Part shown: piece after piece, positions 25,501 through 40,500 of the stretch
How positions within the stretch are numbered: position 1 is the first letter of the stretch
Layout of the letters: each line of letters starts with the position of its first letter
Source: Mustelus asterias
Lineage: Eukaryota
NCBI RefSeq assembly: GCF_964213995.1
Contig: NC_135817.1
Coordinates: 52,824,001-52,888,000, forward strand
Direction of reading: 5' to 3'
Length of the DNA: 64,000 nt
Translations under genes and position numbers: made by a program
Notes under the pieces: generated by a model
What the model saw: only the letters and a program-made list of their open reading frames with translations
What the model was told of the DNA's origin: nothing
The model's database searches: none

Positions 25501-28500
25501 ATACAGTTGAGGAGGCATCAAATTACAAGTCAAGCAAATGTTGCAGCAGTGCTCCAGTACAGGGGCAAACAGGTACTGGAAACATTATATGTTTCATAGA
25601 ATCAGGAATAATCTCTTCTAAGTCAAAAAGTCTGTGTAGACCTCAATCATAAAGGTGGAGGAAGTCAATCAGCATGGACATAGGTCTGAGTTCAGAAAGG
25701 ACTTTCCGATACTATTTACTGACCTGGGAAGACTTAAGACTAAATATAGCATTACTTTGCAAAAAGGTGCTAAACCTGTTCTGTTTCCCACCCAGAATGA
25801 TGCTATATCCAATGATGAAATAGATCTAACTACAGCTGGAAGAGTTGATCAGGGTGGGAGTCACCTCTCTCTGGTCACTAAGCCTAAAGAGTGTTGCTCC
25901 CGAATAATTCTCGTTCCGAAACCTAATGGATCCCTTTGCATTTGTGTGGACTCGGCTCAGCTTAAGATCGTAGTGAGAGAAATGCACTCAATGTCCTCAG
26001 TGGATGTCAGCTTGATGAAGCTGTCCAACAGTACAAGGTTCACAAAATTTGATACCACTAGCAACTCTTGGCAGGTGCCGTTCAGTGAAAAATTGAAATT
26101 ACAAATGACCTTCATTCAACAGATTTTTGCTCTAATTGTTTACCGTTTGGTATAACCTCGGCACCTGAAATTACTTACCGTTACACAGGACCTCAAAGCT
26201 GTGACATGTCACATGGATGACATCCTGGTCCATGGTGCATCTGCCGTGGAAGACGGCCTGAGGTTCTGAACCATCTACAAGGAGACCAGACACTTAATGA
26301 AAGTGTGAATTCTCAAAAACGTCCATTTGCTTCCTAAGCCCACATTGTTTGTAATGAGTATAATGGCACTGCTTCTACAGTGGTTAATCCCGTGTTACTG
26401 TTGTTGATGTCTCTATGTCTGCCCTTCTTAAAGAGATCCTGCTGGTACTGGTCATGCTTCCAGTCAGATACTCCAAGGGCAGACAGGAATCAACCACTGT
26501 CTTTTTGGTCATGAATACAGAGTTGTGCCCCCGTCAGAGGGTCATAATTCTCTCAGCAACACAACACACGAATCTGTGTTCAATCACTGTCAGTTCAAGA
26601 TGTTACACCAGCCACTGTCCAATCAATTCCCATGTTTATTCCATAACTGTGCATCCTGTTCTTTGCTGCTCCCACAATCCTTAGCCTGATGCCCTTTTAA
26701 CCATCAGGCTTTGTTGATGTCTTCAATTTGCTGGTGTCTTTATGAATATCCATCAGGTTATATACAAAGGTTTACATATAGTCTGCACTACATTGAACTT
26801 GCACATCATGATCCATGCACACCGATTTCAGGGCTATCCAATTTAGCCCCTGTATCTATAGGCCAGTTGTCTAACCACAACACAAGCTTTCCTCCATGTC
26901 ACCTGATGATGAGAAACCTTCAGGTTCTCGTGTGCTATTTTCTGCCTATTAATTAATGCATTTGTGCCAAATTTTTGTCTCAACTATTTTAACAATTATC
27001 TCAGCCTGAATTTTACATTGAGGGCAGGCCTGAAGTCGGTGCAGGTGGATGTGAAACCACACCCGCTTGATATGGCATTGTTAACATGATATTAAGCTGG
27101 ATGGCAAATTATTGGTCATGTAGTGTGAAATATGCTGTGTGAAAGGCTGAATGCTGCCTGGGAGGGCAGGAAGAGGGCAGGCACCAAGAAAAGGGAATGT
27201 GTGGGCTGTTGGTTCTAATGTGCTCTTTCAGGGGTACAAGTGCTGTGGACTGCAGAAACAAATCAGTGGAAGAACGGTGCCACCAGTGTCCAGGCCACAA
27301 TCATACGTAGACTTCAGGTGGCACAGTGGTTAGCACTACTACCTCACAGCGCCAGGGACCTGGGTTCAATTCCCGGCTTTGCTCACTGTCTGTGTTGAGT
27401 TTGCACATTTCCCCCCGTGTCTGCGTGGGCTTCCACCCGGGTGCTCCGGTTTCCTCCCACAGTCTGAAAGATGTACTGATTAGGTGCATTTGCCATGCTA
27501 AATGCTCCCTCAGTGTAACGTACAGGCACCGGAGTGTGGCTACTGGAGGATTTTCACAATTACTTCATTGCAGTGTTAATGTAAGCTGACTTGTGACTAA
27601 CAAATAATAAACTTAACTTAAATTTTTATTTGAGCCCTGACCGATTATCCCGCCCTGAATTGAGGTTTCAGCTGAAACCTAAAGGCTGCCTAGTAATCAA
27701 TGTAAATATAGGTGGGCAATATAAAATCCCAGTCAATTGTGCTTTAATTAATTTAAGTTGGTTTCTTGATTGTCGACGGACGCGCTTCTGACTCGTGCCC
27801 AAAATAAGGCCCAAGGACACAATGACATCAGGACACATGCCCCATGTCCACTTGTGCGATTCTGAGGGTTGGGTTTGTGCCCAAATTTTATACTTAAAAT
27901 TCTGATCCTTGTGTTATGAAATAAATAAGCTAAAACTTTTGCTGAAATAACACACAAATAGATTCATGGAATGTTACTGACAGAAGGAAGCCATTTAGCT
28001 GATTTATCCAGGTTCCATTTGAAGATCACTGTACTCTGTAATCGGCTCCCACTCAGGCAGTGCAGTCCAAACACTATTGCATTAAAAATGTTCCTTCACA
28101 TCATCTCTAGTTCAATCACGTTCCATTGAAAACCATTATTCATTCACTCTAGCTTAAGGTTGCTTTTTTTTTTGGATTTGTTCAGCAACATTATTGCACA
28201 TGAAGCAAATGTTTAGTGACCAGCTGTAAAACAATTGTCCGCATTGGTAATTTCACCAGAGAACTCTGTGAGCCATTTAGGGCGTGCATCTTTCTTTCTG
28301 CGTTCCATCTCAAACTGAATACGAGGTTTAAACGTTTCCTGTTATTTGGGATAAAATTCAGACTTGTTCTTTCGGAATGTTTTATTTTCACTCCGAGAAA
28401 AATGAGTTGAAATATTTTTTTGTCTTTCTATCTTGATTATAGATTCGTGTGCTGCTCAGAGAGAAGTGAAGTTACCAAAAGGACCCCTAGTCCGGGCTGA

Positions 28501-31500
28501 GGGGAGTCACACAACAATTCAGTGTGATGTGAGTGGCTACCAGGGGTCTTCAGAACAGAACTTCGAGTGGTCCGTCTTTCGACAGTCTGAGCCTACACTC
28601 AAAATCCAGATTATCAGCACGGTTAATTCGGATTTCTCTTATGCCGTGTATGGAAAGAGGGTGCAGAATAATGAGATCTACATAGAGAGGGTTAAAGCAG
28701 ACTCGGCGCTGTTACACATCACAAAGCTGCAGAAAACAGATGAAGGGAAATATGAGTGCTTCACCCCCAACACGGATAGCTATTACTGGGGGTCCTACCA
28801 TGCCATGATGAACTTAACAGGTGGGTTATTCAAACATTCTCACCTGTTCTGTTTCTGTTTTCTGGGCTTTAATATACCTGACCATCATTCTTATTGAAAG
28901 TACGCAGAAAGACGCTTGCACCCAATTGAACAGGCGACTGTGTGCAATTGCAATTTATTTAAAATGCAGCAAAAAGGTACCAGCAATCCTATCCAAATTT
29001 CAACACATCATTGTGAATCTTATCATGCACAAATAAATGCACAACTGTATACCTTTTTTGAACATAATGGAACATTATGAAATCTAATTATAGATCAGGG
29101 CACAAATATTAAGTCCTGATGAGCTCACAGATCACATTACAAAATTTACCAACATGTAGAAACACACTATTGTTAAACATACTGATTTGTTTATTTTAAA
29201 ATCCAATTAAACATGACTTAATGCATCAAATACATTTCCTGCACATGCAATTTGCTTATTTATAGGTAGGCAAATGTCTTTGTGATCTGCTGGGAAGAGT
29301 GAATAGAATGGGGAACACATTCACTATCAACCAGATCAGATGTATTGTGTAATACAAAAGCATATCGTTGTTTGAAGAGATCAGCCATGATCTGATTAAA
29401 TGGCGGAGTAGGCTCGAGGGGTTGAATTGGCTGCTTCTGCTGTGTTCCAAGTTATTTGTAATAATCAAATTGTTGTACTGAGCTCCAGAGATCACGAGGC
29501 TCAGTTTGTAGAATCAGAGAATGATACAATACAAAAGAAGGCCATTTGACTCCAGGCTCTTTAAAGAGTTATCCAATTAGACCCATCCTCTGCTCTTTCC
29601 TCAGAGCCCTGTAATTTGCTACTTATCAAGTATCATAGAAACCCTACAGTGTAGAAGGAGGCCATTTGGCTCATTGAGTCTGCACCGACAACAATCCCAC
29701 CTATTTACCCCACTAATCCCTCTAACCTACGCATCCCGGGAGAATGGCCAATGCACCTAACCCGCACATCTTTGGACTGTTGGAAGAAACCCATGCAGAC
29801 ACGGGGAGAATGTGCAAACTCCACACAGACAGTGACCCAAGCTGGGAATCGAACCCAGGTCCCTGGAGCTGTGCGACAGCAGTGCTAACACTGTGCCACC
29901 GTGCCGCTCTGAAGTGTTTCTCCAATTCCCGTTAGAAAGTTATAATTGAATCTGCTTCCACCACCTTCCAAGCAGTAAATTCCAGAACATAACAACTTGT
30001 TCCAATTTTTAAAAAAGCTTATTCATGTCACCTCTGGTTCTTATTGCCAATTACCCAACTTCTCTGTCCTCTGGTAACTGATCTTCTGCCTCTGGGAATA
30101 GTTTCTCCTTAGCCTATCAAATACCTTCAAGGCTTTGAATAATTCCATCAAATCTCTCTTTAATCTATGCTGATCTAAGGAGAGAAATCTGTTTCTCCAG
30201 TCTCCCCCCGTCTGTGAAGTCTTTCATCCCTGGCACCATTCTCGCGGTTTAAATGGCATTTAAGAGAGTCCCATTGGTGTGGGACTAGGGTCACATATAG
30301 GCAGGATCATTTCAGAAAGTCAGGTTTCCTTCCCTAAAGATCATTAGTGAATCAGTTGGCTCAGCAGATACTGGCAGACTACACAAACTTCAGATGTCCT
30401 TAAGCACAAGCTAATTCTTACCCGCATCCATACACTTTGCAACAAGGGTCGCTCGATAGGTCTCAGGATAGCAGCTCACCACCATCTTCTCGGGGGCAAT
30501 TGGGGATGGGCAATAAATGCAGGCCTAGCCAGCACTGCCCACATCCCATGAAAGAAGGAAAAAAATGAGAATCCCATCCTGGCTACTCCCATTCTAGCCA
30601 AAGGTTGCTGAGGACATTTGTGACTATGGATGGTCAGGTATATACATTACAACATTAGATTTGAATCCCTTGAGCCATTGGAAATGCCCAAGAGGTAGGG
30701 TATGTTAATATATTAAGATACAGTGTAACCACCTCTATCTCAAATGGATTTAAGCACAAGTCAAAATAATAGAGGGAGAGACTGTAATTCACCATAGCAA
30801 CTGGTCCCATGGAGTCTTGAGGGTCATTGTGCCCCGCCAGTCAATGAGTGGGGTGAGCCATGAGAGAGCTGAGAAATCAGGTTCATGCCCGATTTCTCAC
30901 CTCTCGCGATCTTACTGGCACTGGATATCCGGGAAATGGGTGCAAGGCTGAACAAATCATTTAAGTTCAATTTTAATATCTTTTAAATGGAATTAACGAG
31001 CCGGGGACAGTATCGTCCGGGCTCACTTGCCTGTGTGGCCTTGCCGGGAGAGTTTCTCTACGGCGCGCGTGACGTCTAGACCCCACCAATGGGGACCAGA
31101 CGTGATCGCCTCGCCGATAGAACTGGAGGCCATTGAGGCCCCCACCCCCGGGAGATCGGGGAGAAGGGGAGGTGCTCCTTGGGCAGTACCAGCCTGGCAC
31201 TGTGGCACTGCCCACCGGGCAAGGGGAGCAATCATTCCAGCGGAGGGGGGTCACGAACGGCCACGGGGCCCCCACAGTAGAGGGGGGGGTGGGGCTACCA
31301 GGCCATGGAGGCCAGCTATAGCAGCAGAGGCTGAGACCTGCACACGCATAATTGTGCCCTTTGCTGCTATCTGCTGGCTTTCTGGTGATTTAGACCCTGC
31401 CACCCCCCCCTGCCTTACAGGGAGAAATGAGATTGAGGACTTGTTTTTGCATAGAATGAATAAGATTGGACTTGTGGCCTCGCTAAAAAAATGAATCTGA

Positions 31501-34500
31501 AACTTTCCCGTTTTCCCGTCTGGTCTGGGCTTAGAATTATTTTGGTAGGATTGCCCCTTCAGAGTTTTATTTTTCCATGGTGTTATTCACAATGTCATAT
31601 TATGAAAGCGCTGAAGGCCTGATATGTGATGAGTTGAGGTACCTTTAAAATTATGGAAATATTGCATTCTTGTATACAAAGTATGATTATCCATTGTGTA
31701 TCCTGAAAAACATGCTCAAAACATATGTTCTTACAGTCATTCCCGACACGCTTAGTGTAATATCGGCACCCCAGACCCTGGATAAAGTTGAAGGTGACTC
31801 CTTGGAATTGATCTGTGAAGTATCCAAGCAAACATCACAGCACACGCATGTGGCTGTCATATGGTACCTACAGAAGGGGAATCAGAGTCTCGAGGTGATC
31901 TCTCTATCAAGAGATTTCATCCTACGCCCAGGAGAGTCATATAAGCAGAGACAGGCATCAGGAGATGTTCGACTGGATAGGATTGGAGTGACTTCATTCA
32001 AACTCTCCATCTCCAAACTGCAGATGTCAGACCAGGGAGAGTTTTATTGTGAAGGCACTGAGTGGATTCAAGACTTGGACAAATCCTGGCATGACCTGAC
32101 TAATAAACGTACTGAAAGGACCACGGTGAATGTTAAAAGCATAGGTAAGACTCATAAGCACAAAATTTATACAGCTACAGTTTCACAATGTGTCTGCTTC
32201 ACGCATTGTGGTGAGAAAATCATGTGCAGCATGCGACTGAATTTGTAAGATGCATTTCAGCAGTTTGCGGTGATGTTGAAAAAGACTCTTTAGCTGGAAA
32301 TTCACTCTTTTTACTCTCCATACACTACAGCAAGATTTAGAAAAGGAAATATAGGCCCTCGGGTAAAGATTCTACAATCAGGTCGAAGTTTGTTCAGGTC
32401 ACGTGAGAACAAAACTTTGCTTGAGGTCAGCCCCATCAGTATTATGGAGGTGAACTTCTGCCCTTGGACATGCCTCTGATTACAGGCAGCTCGGCAATCC
32501 AAGAACTCGAGTGCTGCTACAGGATTGAAGTCCTGCAGCAACTTGAAGGATTAGCCCCCTTGCTTTTGTGGGCTTTTCAAGGTAGCAAGTTCCTTCATAG
32601 GTTGACAGTACCTGGAAGAACTGTTAAAGCACAGAAAATGCCCCGAACTTTAGCTGAGGCCACATGGCAGCTGCTGGTTCCATCTGGGAGAGAATATACA
32701 CTGCAGTGCAGTGGACACCACAGTCCCGAGGTGTGTGTGGCAGATTTGGAACATTCTGGTCACCGGTGTATCGTCGCAATGTTGAAGCTCGTTTTGACAC
32801 TCACAACCTGGATAGTTTTTAGAATGTAAGCTGATCTTTCGGTTTGGGTACCTCAGGGACAGGCAGGGAGGATGTAAATTCGGGCTGTGAATTATTCTCC
32901 CGCCTCTCCGTGGTCTGCTCCTATTTCCAATATGATTAACCAGCAGATACTGAATATGTCCATTCAAACATAGAATCATAGCATCCCTATAGTGCAGAAG
33001 GAGGCCATTCGGCCCATTGAGTCTGCACTGACAACAATCCCACCCAGGCCCTATCCCCATGACACCATGTATTTACTCTGTTAATTCCCCCGACACTAAG
33101 GGGCAATTTATCATGGCCAATCCACCTAACCCGCACATCTTTGGACTGTGGGAGGAAACCAGAGCACCCGGAGGAACCCCACGCAGACATGGGGAGAATG
33201 TACACACAGTGACCTGAGGCTGGAATTGAACCCAGGTCCCTGGAGCTGTGAGGCAGCAGTGCTAACACTGTGCCACGTGCCGCCCCCACGGCTTTGCCTA
33301 TTCAAAGAGCTTGTTAATTGTGGTAAAAGGTTTTTTTTTGTCATTAACAAAGTAAATAAAGCAAGGTGGTCGCGTGAATAATGGAGAGGGGTGGGAGACT
33401 GAAAACGTAAATTCTCCCGAGAGGTCTGGGTAATTGATTATATCCTCTGCCCAGCAACTGTAAAAATTGGAGGGGGCGGGGCAGGGGAAACAGGTTTATT
33501 TTTTCTTCGGCCCCTCGAAGGAAAGTAGGGCTTTCCTCACTGGGCTCGGAGGCTGGACCCCTGAAGCAGATGGAAATTCACTGGAAATTTGTCTGAATTA
33601 TTTAAATGAGGCTGATCAGAGAAAACCAGGGATCAGCACGGGCTGTGGGTGATTCCTCCTGCGGGATTCACCCAATCTGAAAAATCCACCTGCCTATTCT
33701 GCACCTCTTGTCATAACAGCAGTGAAAAGGCGTTCAATTCAAATAAGTTAAAGTTTATTTATTAGTCACAAGTATGGCTTACATTAACACTGCAATGAAG
33801 TCATTGTGAAATTCCCCTAGTCGCCACACTCCAGCACCTGTTCGGGTCAATGCACCTAACCAGCACATCTTTCAGAACGTGGGAGGAAACCGGAGCACCC
33901 GGAGGAAACCCACTCGGACACGGAGAGAATGTGCAAACTCCACACAGACAGTGACCCAAGCTGGGAATTGAACCCGGGTTCCTGGTGCTGTGAGGCAGCA
34001 GTGATAACCACTGTGCCACCGTGCCACCCCCTACATACAAACATCCTTTGGATTTGTTTATCTATATTTTGGTTGATTGGCAACCTTTTGCTGAGTTTGA
34101 GATGGTCCAGCCATATTTCTAAAAGCTATTTTTGAGCTGGTTTTGTGTGATCCATTTGAAGGTGTCAGGAGATGACAGGGAGACACTCCATGAACAGATA
34201 AAATCAAGCATAGCGTAAAAGTTAACACTCAATGGTAACAAGGAGCAGTGTGTCATTACTGTTCAGTAAACCTGTTTGTTAAATCTTTTGGACACTTTTC
34301 CCCAGACAGATCTACCATGAAACCTCCACGTCCAAGGACAGGGATGCTTCTCTCATGGATGTCCAGACTGTAGTCAGAAAAGCATGGTATTCCAGGGTTG
34401 AATGGATTATTTAATCCAGTTTGAAAGGCACTGGGATAAACTACAGGCAGTTTTGGGAAAGAGCTTCACTGATCTCGATACTGCAGAACCTGTGTAACAG

Positions 34501-37500
34501 TTCTGCAGTCCACATTTCAATCAGTTCTGTAAAGTTGCTGGGATGTTTAGGAATGATAACAATGAACTACAACTTAAACAGTTCACCATAAGAGCTTCAG
34601 CAGCTCTTACACACCATGCCTGGAGCCACACTGGTGAGAACTCCCATGTTCCTAAAAAGAGGCCAACACGTCACTTCCTGTGTACAGGTCATGGCAATAC
34701 ATATATGAATACACATTCTACATCTTCCCCATTTAGTGGGGACAATCTATTACCCGCATGTAAAGATCAATGTTGAATACATCAACAAACTATTGAATAT
34801 TTAAATTGTACGGAGCATGAGCTTAGGCCACAAAACCTGGTGCAAAGCCAAGTGTGTCCCACCCCCTGGAAGAAAACAGCACATATATACACTTAAGTCA
34901 GTACAAAGTCCTTGAGCTTGGGTTTGGTCTGCTCAGCTTTCCAAGCGTATAATTACACCAGTTAGCTGTGTTTGGGATGCACCCGGGTTATTGTCCACAA
35001 GGCAGCAGGTGTGCCTGGGGTATGCACAGTGGCAGAAGTGGGAAGGGGCTCCATCTCCACCGGTGCAGGGAACGCAGATCGTGGACTCGGTGGCTCAACC
35101 TCTGTGGCAGTTGGCGGTGCTGGTTATGGTACTACCGGTTCCTGACATGCAGGGCACTATCTGAGGTGTCCACGTAACTGTTTGGTTGGGGGCCATCGTT
35201 GTGGACTACTGCCAGTTTGTCATAGCCGCATGTGGTTTGCATTCTGACTGTCTGGCCCGGCTCCAGAGTGCAGAGTCTGCGGGTATTACAGTGAGAGTAT
35301 CTTTCCCCTCTTTGTCACCATTTCATGAGGCTTCACTCACATTTGTTTCCACTTTGGGTTGCAACAGGGCCTTGGCAACAGAGAACATGGTTCTGGTGCA
35401 TCTGGTGAACATTCTCTGTGCTGGCAAGGGCAGACCCTCTCTCGGCAGGCTACAGCTTAAATGGTTTGCTATAAGATCTTCAGCAACTTTTGCACGCCAT
35501 GTCTGTAGCCACACTGGTGAGAACTCCCACGCGACCAACACTTCCTGTGTGCAGGTTTTGGCAATATATACATGAATAAACATTCTACAAGTTCCACTCA
35601 ACATGTACCTATTTTTCAGATTGAACCAATTGAGAACCGTAGACACTGGGTCTTAGGCATTAGCAAATGGATCAAATAGTACCTTTTATCTGGAATAAAA
35701 CCCTGAGTGAGGTCAAAGAGCTGAGCACATTCAGATTCCACAATTCAATTGAACCAAATCAAACTTTAGCTTCCGATTATTCAAATACAGCAAAAAAAAT
35801 GGCTATAAATAAGGATTTACATGTGTGCAGTTATATTGTGTGATCTTTTGGGGACAAATTGCAGGTACCATAAACAGTTAGATTTTTAAACTTTCCTATT
35901 TTACCCCGGTCTCAGTTAAACTTTGCATGACAAGCATTGAATGGTTTGGAACGACTCTGACTATTAGTGGTGGTGACAGGAGATCATAACAGATAATAAT
36001 GCACCAGACAGGTTAATTATAGTGAAAACAGTCTGAGATATATAAACTGAAGCTCTTTTGTTGAAGTTTGAATCACTGACCTTTTGATGAGCAGCAGTAT
36101 TATGTTAATGCACAGAGTGAATCACTGCTCTTAACCTTCAGCAGACTTCAATTGCTGATGTGATCAATTTCAGCTTCAATGGCCCTCTCCAGTTTACACC
36201 AGAGAGAGCGTGTTACAATTTAAAAGTAACCTTTATGGTCCAGGGTACACCACTTAAAGGCAAGTGTACTAATTAAACTTGTTGACTCGCTTTGGAAAAC
36301 TGCCAATACCAAGCTGGTGACAGTCTCTGAATTTTGATAAGGAGGCATGACAGAAATTTCTAATGTTTTGAGTTTTACATCCATTTACTTCCATCCCATT
36401 TTGTTCTGTTAATCTCCCTCCACATTCCACTCTCCCTCTTCAGTCATGAGAGTACGCTGCTCTGTGCCCTCGGGACCTCTAGTCAAGTAGGAAATACGAT
36501 TTGAATTCATTATAATTTAGTAACGGACCAGCAACTTTGTGCAATTTCACAGCTCGTGTTTCAAACAGGAAGCAGAGTGAGTAAGGAGCACCTCCTTGGG
36601 TTATCAGGACTTTAGTTTATAAAGTTTATTTATTTATTAGTCACAAGTAGGCTTACATTCACACTGCAATGAAGTTACTGCGAAATTCCCCTAGTCGCCA
36701 CATTCCAGCGCCTGTTCGGGTACACTGAAGGAGAATTTAGCATGGTCAATGCACCTAACCAGCACATCTTTCAGACTCTGGGAGGAAACCGGAGCACCCG
36801 GAGGAAACCCACACAAACACGGAGAGAATGTGCAAACTCCACACAGACAGTGACCCAAGCCGGGCATTGAACCCGGGTCCCTAGTGCTGTGTGGAAGCAG
36901 TGCTAATCACTGTGCCAACTTTAGTACATTCTTGTCACTAAAGCAAATTGATTTGATTTATTATTGTCACATGTATTAACATACAGTGAAAAGTATTGTT
37001 TCTTGCGCACTGTACAGACAAAGCATACCGTTCATAGAGAAGGAAAAGAAAGAGTGCAAAATGTAGTGTTGCAGTCATAACTTAGTGCGAGATAGGTCCA
37101 TTCAAAAATCTGATGGCAGCAGGGAAGAAGTTGTTCTTGAGTTGGTTGGAACGTGACCTCAGACTTTTGTATTTTTTTCCCGATGGAAAAGGTAGAAGAG
37201 AGTATGCCTGGTGTGCGTGGGGTCCTTAATTATGCTGGCTGCTTTTCCGAGGCAGCAGGAAGTGTAGACAGAGATTGCGTGATGGATTGGGCTTCATTCA
37301 CGACCCTTTGTAGTTTCTTGCAGTCTTTGGCAGAGCAGGAGCCATTCCATTGCAGGACGGGCCACATTTCTATTTAATTTGTACACCGCCCTGTTTTTTC
37401 TACACTACATCATAGTTGGCATTGAAATAGTTGTCTTCCATCAGGTTAACATTTTAGCAAATTTTCTCACTTGGCATTTGATTTAATCCCATATACTGAC

Positions 37501-40500
37501 TGGCACAGTAATAATATTCATTTTGTTTCAATGCAGGTAATGTGTTTCTTGCGCTGATTAAAGCCACTGCAGTCAACGTTACTGTCGGAGGCTCGCTGGA
37601 AATAAGCTGCACGGTTGAAGCTCAGAATTTTGCGGAACGCTTCTTCTCTGTTGCCTGGTTCTTGAACAGAAATGAGATAGTTCGCATTGAACCAAATGCA
37701 GTACCAGCCTTTCACAGCGGATATAAAATGAGAGAGAGCCAGGGAAAGGTCATGGTCAGTAAGAAAACCGAGAGAGACTATGTGCTGAAAATGTATCAGG
37801 TTCAAGTGGAGGATGACGGTACATATCACTGTCAGGTGGGCGAGAGTGTGAAAATTTCGTCCACAGCATTCTCTACCAACGAATCCAAGGAGGTGACGGT
37901 CACTGTTCAGCGCCCACGTAAGAAACATTCAAATTGACTTTATTCTTTTAAAGTTTGTTCTTATTAGTGTCACAAGTAGGCTTACATTAACACTGCATTG
38001 AAGTTACTGTGAAAATCCCTTAGTCGCCACATTCCGGTGCCTGTTCGGGTACACTGAGGGAGAACTTAGCATGGCCAATGCACCTAACCAGCACATCTTT
38101 TGGACTGTGGGAGGAAACCGGAGCACCCGGAGGAAACCTATGCAGACACTGGGAGAATGTGCAGACTCCGCACAGACAGTGACTCAAGCCAGGAATCGAA
38201 CCCATGTCCCTGGCGCTGTGAGGCAGCAGTGCTAATCACTGTGCCCTTGATAGTGATTAAGATATTAGGAGCAGTTTTGCATTTTGGTTCTGACAGGTTA
38301 TCTGGTCAGCTCCTGCATGAACTGTGGAAATCTCGGACACAATGGGATAGATCTTGGGCAGAGGAACAAAATGGCGACCAGGTGTACATTTGGCCTGATT
38401 TATATTGTCCATTAAAGCCAGTAGGAAAGAAAAAAAGCAGGCTGAACCTAAAACAGACTGAAAGATTCACCAGCACTTCTGTCGCTGCCCATGACCAATT
38501 CCTATCCTAATGTACATCGGCAATTGGCTGGATTTTCAATCACCCAGGTGTCTAGACAAAGTAGGTATAGGATGCAGCTATTCCCATTGGTGGAGGGGTT
38601 AAGAGGCAGGGGTCACTGTAGTAGCAGCAACCTTAACATGGAAAGTGGTTAGGATCTGGGCAGTGTGCAGATTCAATTATGGCTTTCAAAAGGGATTTGA
38701 ATCAACGCAGCCCATGACGGAAAGGATGATGGTGTGGGACTAGCAGAGAGCTGGCGCAGACATGAAAGGTTGAATGTCCACCTTCTGCACTGGAACCCTT
38801 CTATGATAATACCTCATTCACCCGTCACCCTACACTTGGCTCAACAATTGACAACACTGCAATTTTAAATATCTATCCTTGTTTTAAATTCCTCCATGGG
38901 CCATAACTTCCTCAGAATAGCAACCAGCCACTCCATATCCACTCACCTCTGCTAGATTTCTCAGTGTCCGTCTCGCCCGACCTTTCTGGCTCCAGTTGGT
39001 TTAGGTCAGGTCGGGTAGGGGGAGGGGGGGTCCAGCTGGTTTGGGTCAGGTTGGCGGGATGGTCAGGTCAGGTAGTGGGGGTGTCCAGCTGGGTCAGGAT
39101 GGGGGGGGGGGGGGGGTCAGGTCAGTGGAGGGAATTCCAGCCAGTTGGGTTTGGGTCAGACAGTCAGCTCTGGGGGTGGGAGGGAGTTATCCAGCTAGGT
39201 TGGATTGGGCTGGGGTCAGATCAGGTCAGCTCAGGTGGGGGGTGGGGGCTGTTAGTGGGGAGGGGGGTGGAAACGGGTCGGGGTTCCGGTCAGGGCACAG
39301 TAGGCAATCCCGGACTGGCGAGGGAAGTCAGGATGAGGAATACTGTGGGGGAATCCCCTGTGGAAAGTGGGGTGAGTCCCATGTGGGACTGGTCTGGGTC
39401 TTCAGTTATGCTGATGTTAGAAGTGCTTCTATTTCTTCTAACTCTTTCGGAGTAGCTATTAGTGTAACAGTGACAGAGCCTTCTTAAGTCACATGGTTCC
39501 CAGCCCAACTAAAATTGGCCAGGGGAAGTTAGCACTTCTGTACAATTCCTGGAACTTCAGAGAGGGAATCCCCAGCAGATCTTTAGGGTATCCCCCAAAT
39601 CCAACGCTGAAGAGCCAGGACGTTATGGCTCCCATGGTCTTGCCCCTTCCCTATCTGTGTAACCTCTCCAGCCCAACAAACCTCTGAGATCCCTGTGCTT
39701 CTCCAATTCGAGCCTGTTGTGAATTCCTGATTTTAATTGCTCCACTATTGAAGCCTTGCTTTCAGCTAGCTCTGGAATTTCCTCCATAAACCTCTCTGCC
39801 TGTCTTCTTTTGAGATGCTCCTTTTGCCGTGTTAAATATATTATAGAAATGGAAGTTGCTATTGCTCTGCTGATGTTCACAAACCTTTGTTGTTATGTCA
39901 GTAGCATGCTTGATTAAACACAGAACTTTCTCTCTGCCAAACATTCAAGGCCCCCATATATTTCTCACAATATAGTAATTTCTTGTCATTTCACAGAAGC
40001 CAACCTTAAAGTGATAATCGACAGTAATAGTGCTGAGGTTTTGGAAGGTGATCATCTTCAGTTTTCCTGCGATATTCATTCCGAAACTGCGGGCTATGGT
40101 CAGCTCTCTATTACCTGGCAGTTTATAAATGAACAGAAACAAAACAGTGATATCATTGGAATGGACCGAGATGGTATCCAGGTTACTTATCCACCTTACC
40201 AGGGGCGTGTCATTAACAGCGATGTAAGAATGGCAAGAGTGAAGTCGGATTCCTTCACGTTGGGTATTTATAATGCCCTGACTTCAGATCAAGGAACGTA
40301 CACTTGCAAAGTGATGGAATGGGGAGCAGAATCTAATGGAAACTGGCGGCTAATTGGAGAATATGTCAGCGACAATAAGGCAGTGACTATCAAACCCCTT
40401 GGTAAGCAATTCAGTGTTGAATATCTACGAAACCTCGATTTAAGCAATTTCAGGTTTCTCAATTGGACATAGATTGCGTTTTTAATAGGATGGTTCTCAT

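Noticed and set aside
39994-39999. NAGNAG tandem acceptor (CAGAAG) at Ig4
   Set aside because: A common motif, and AAG is a weak distal site; at most a one-residue change.
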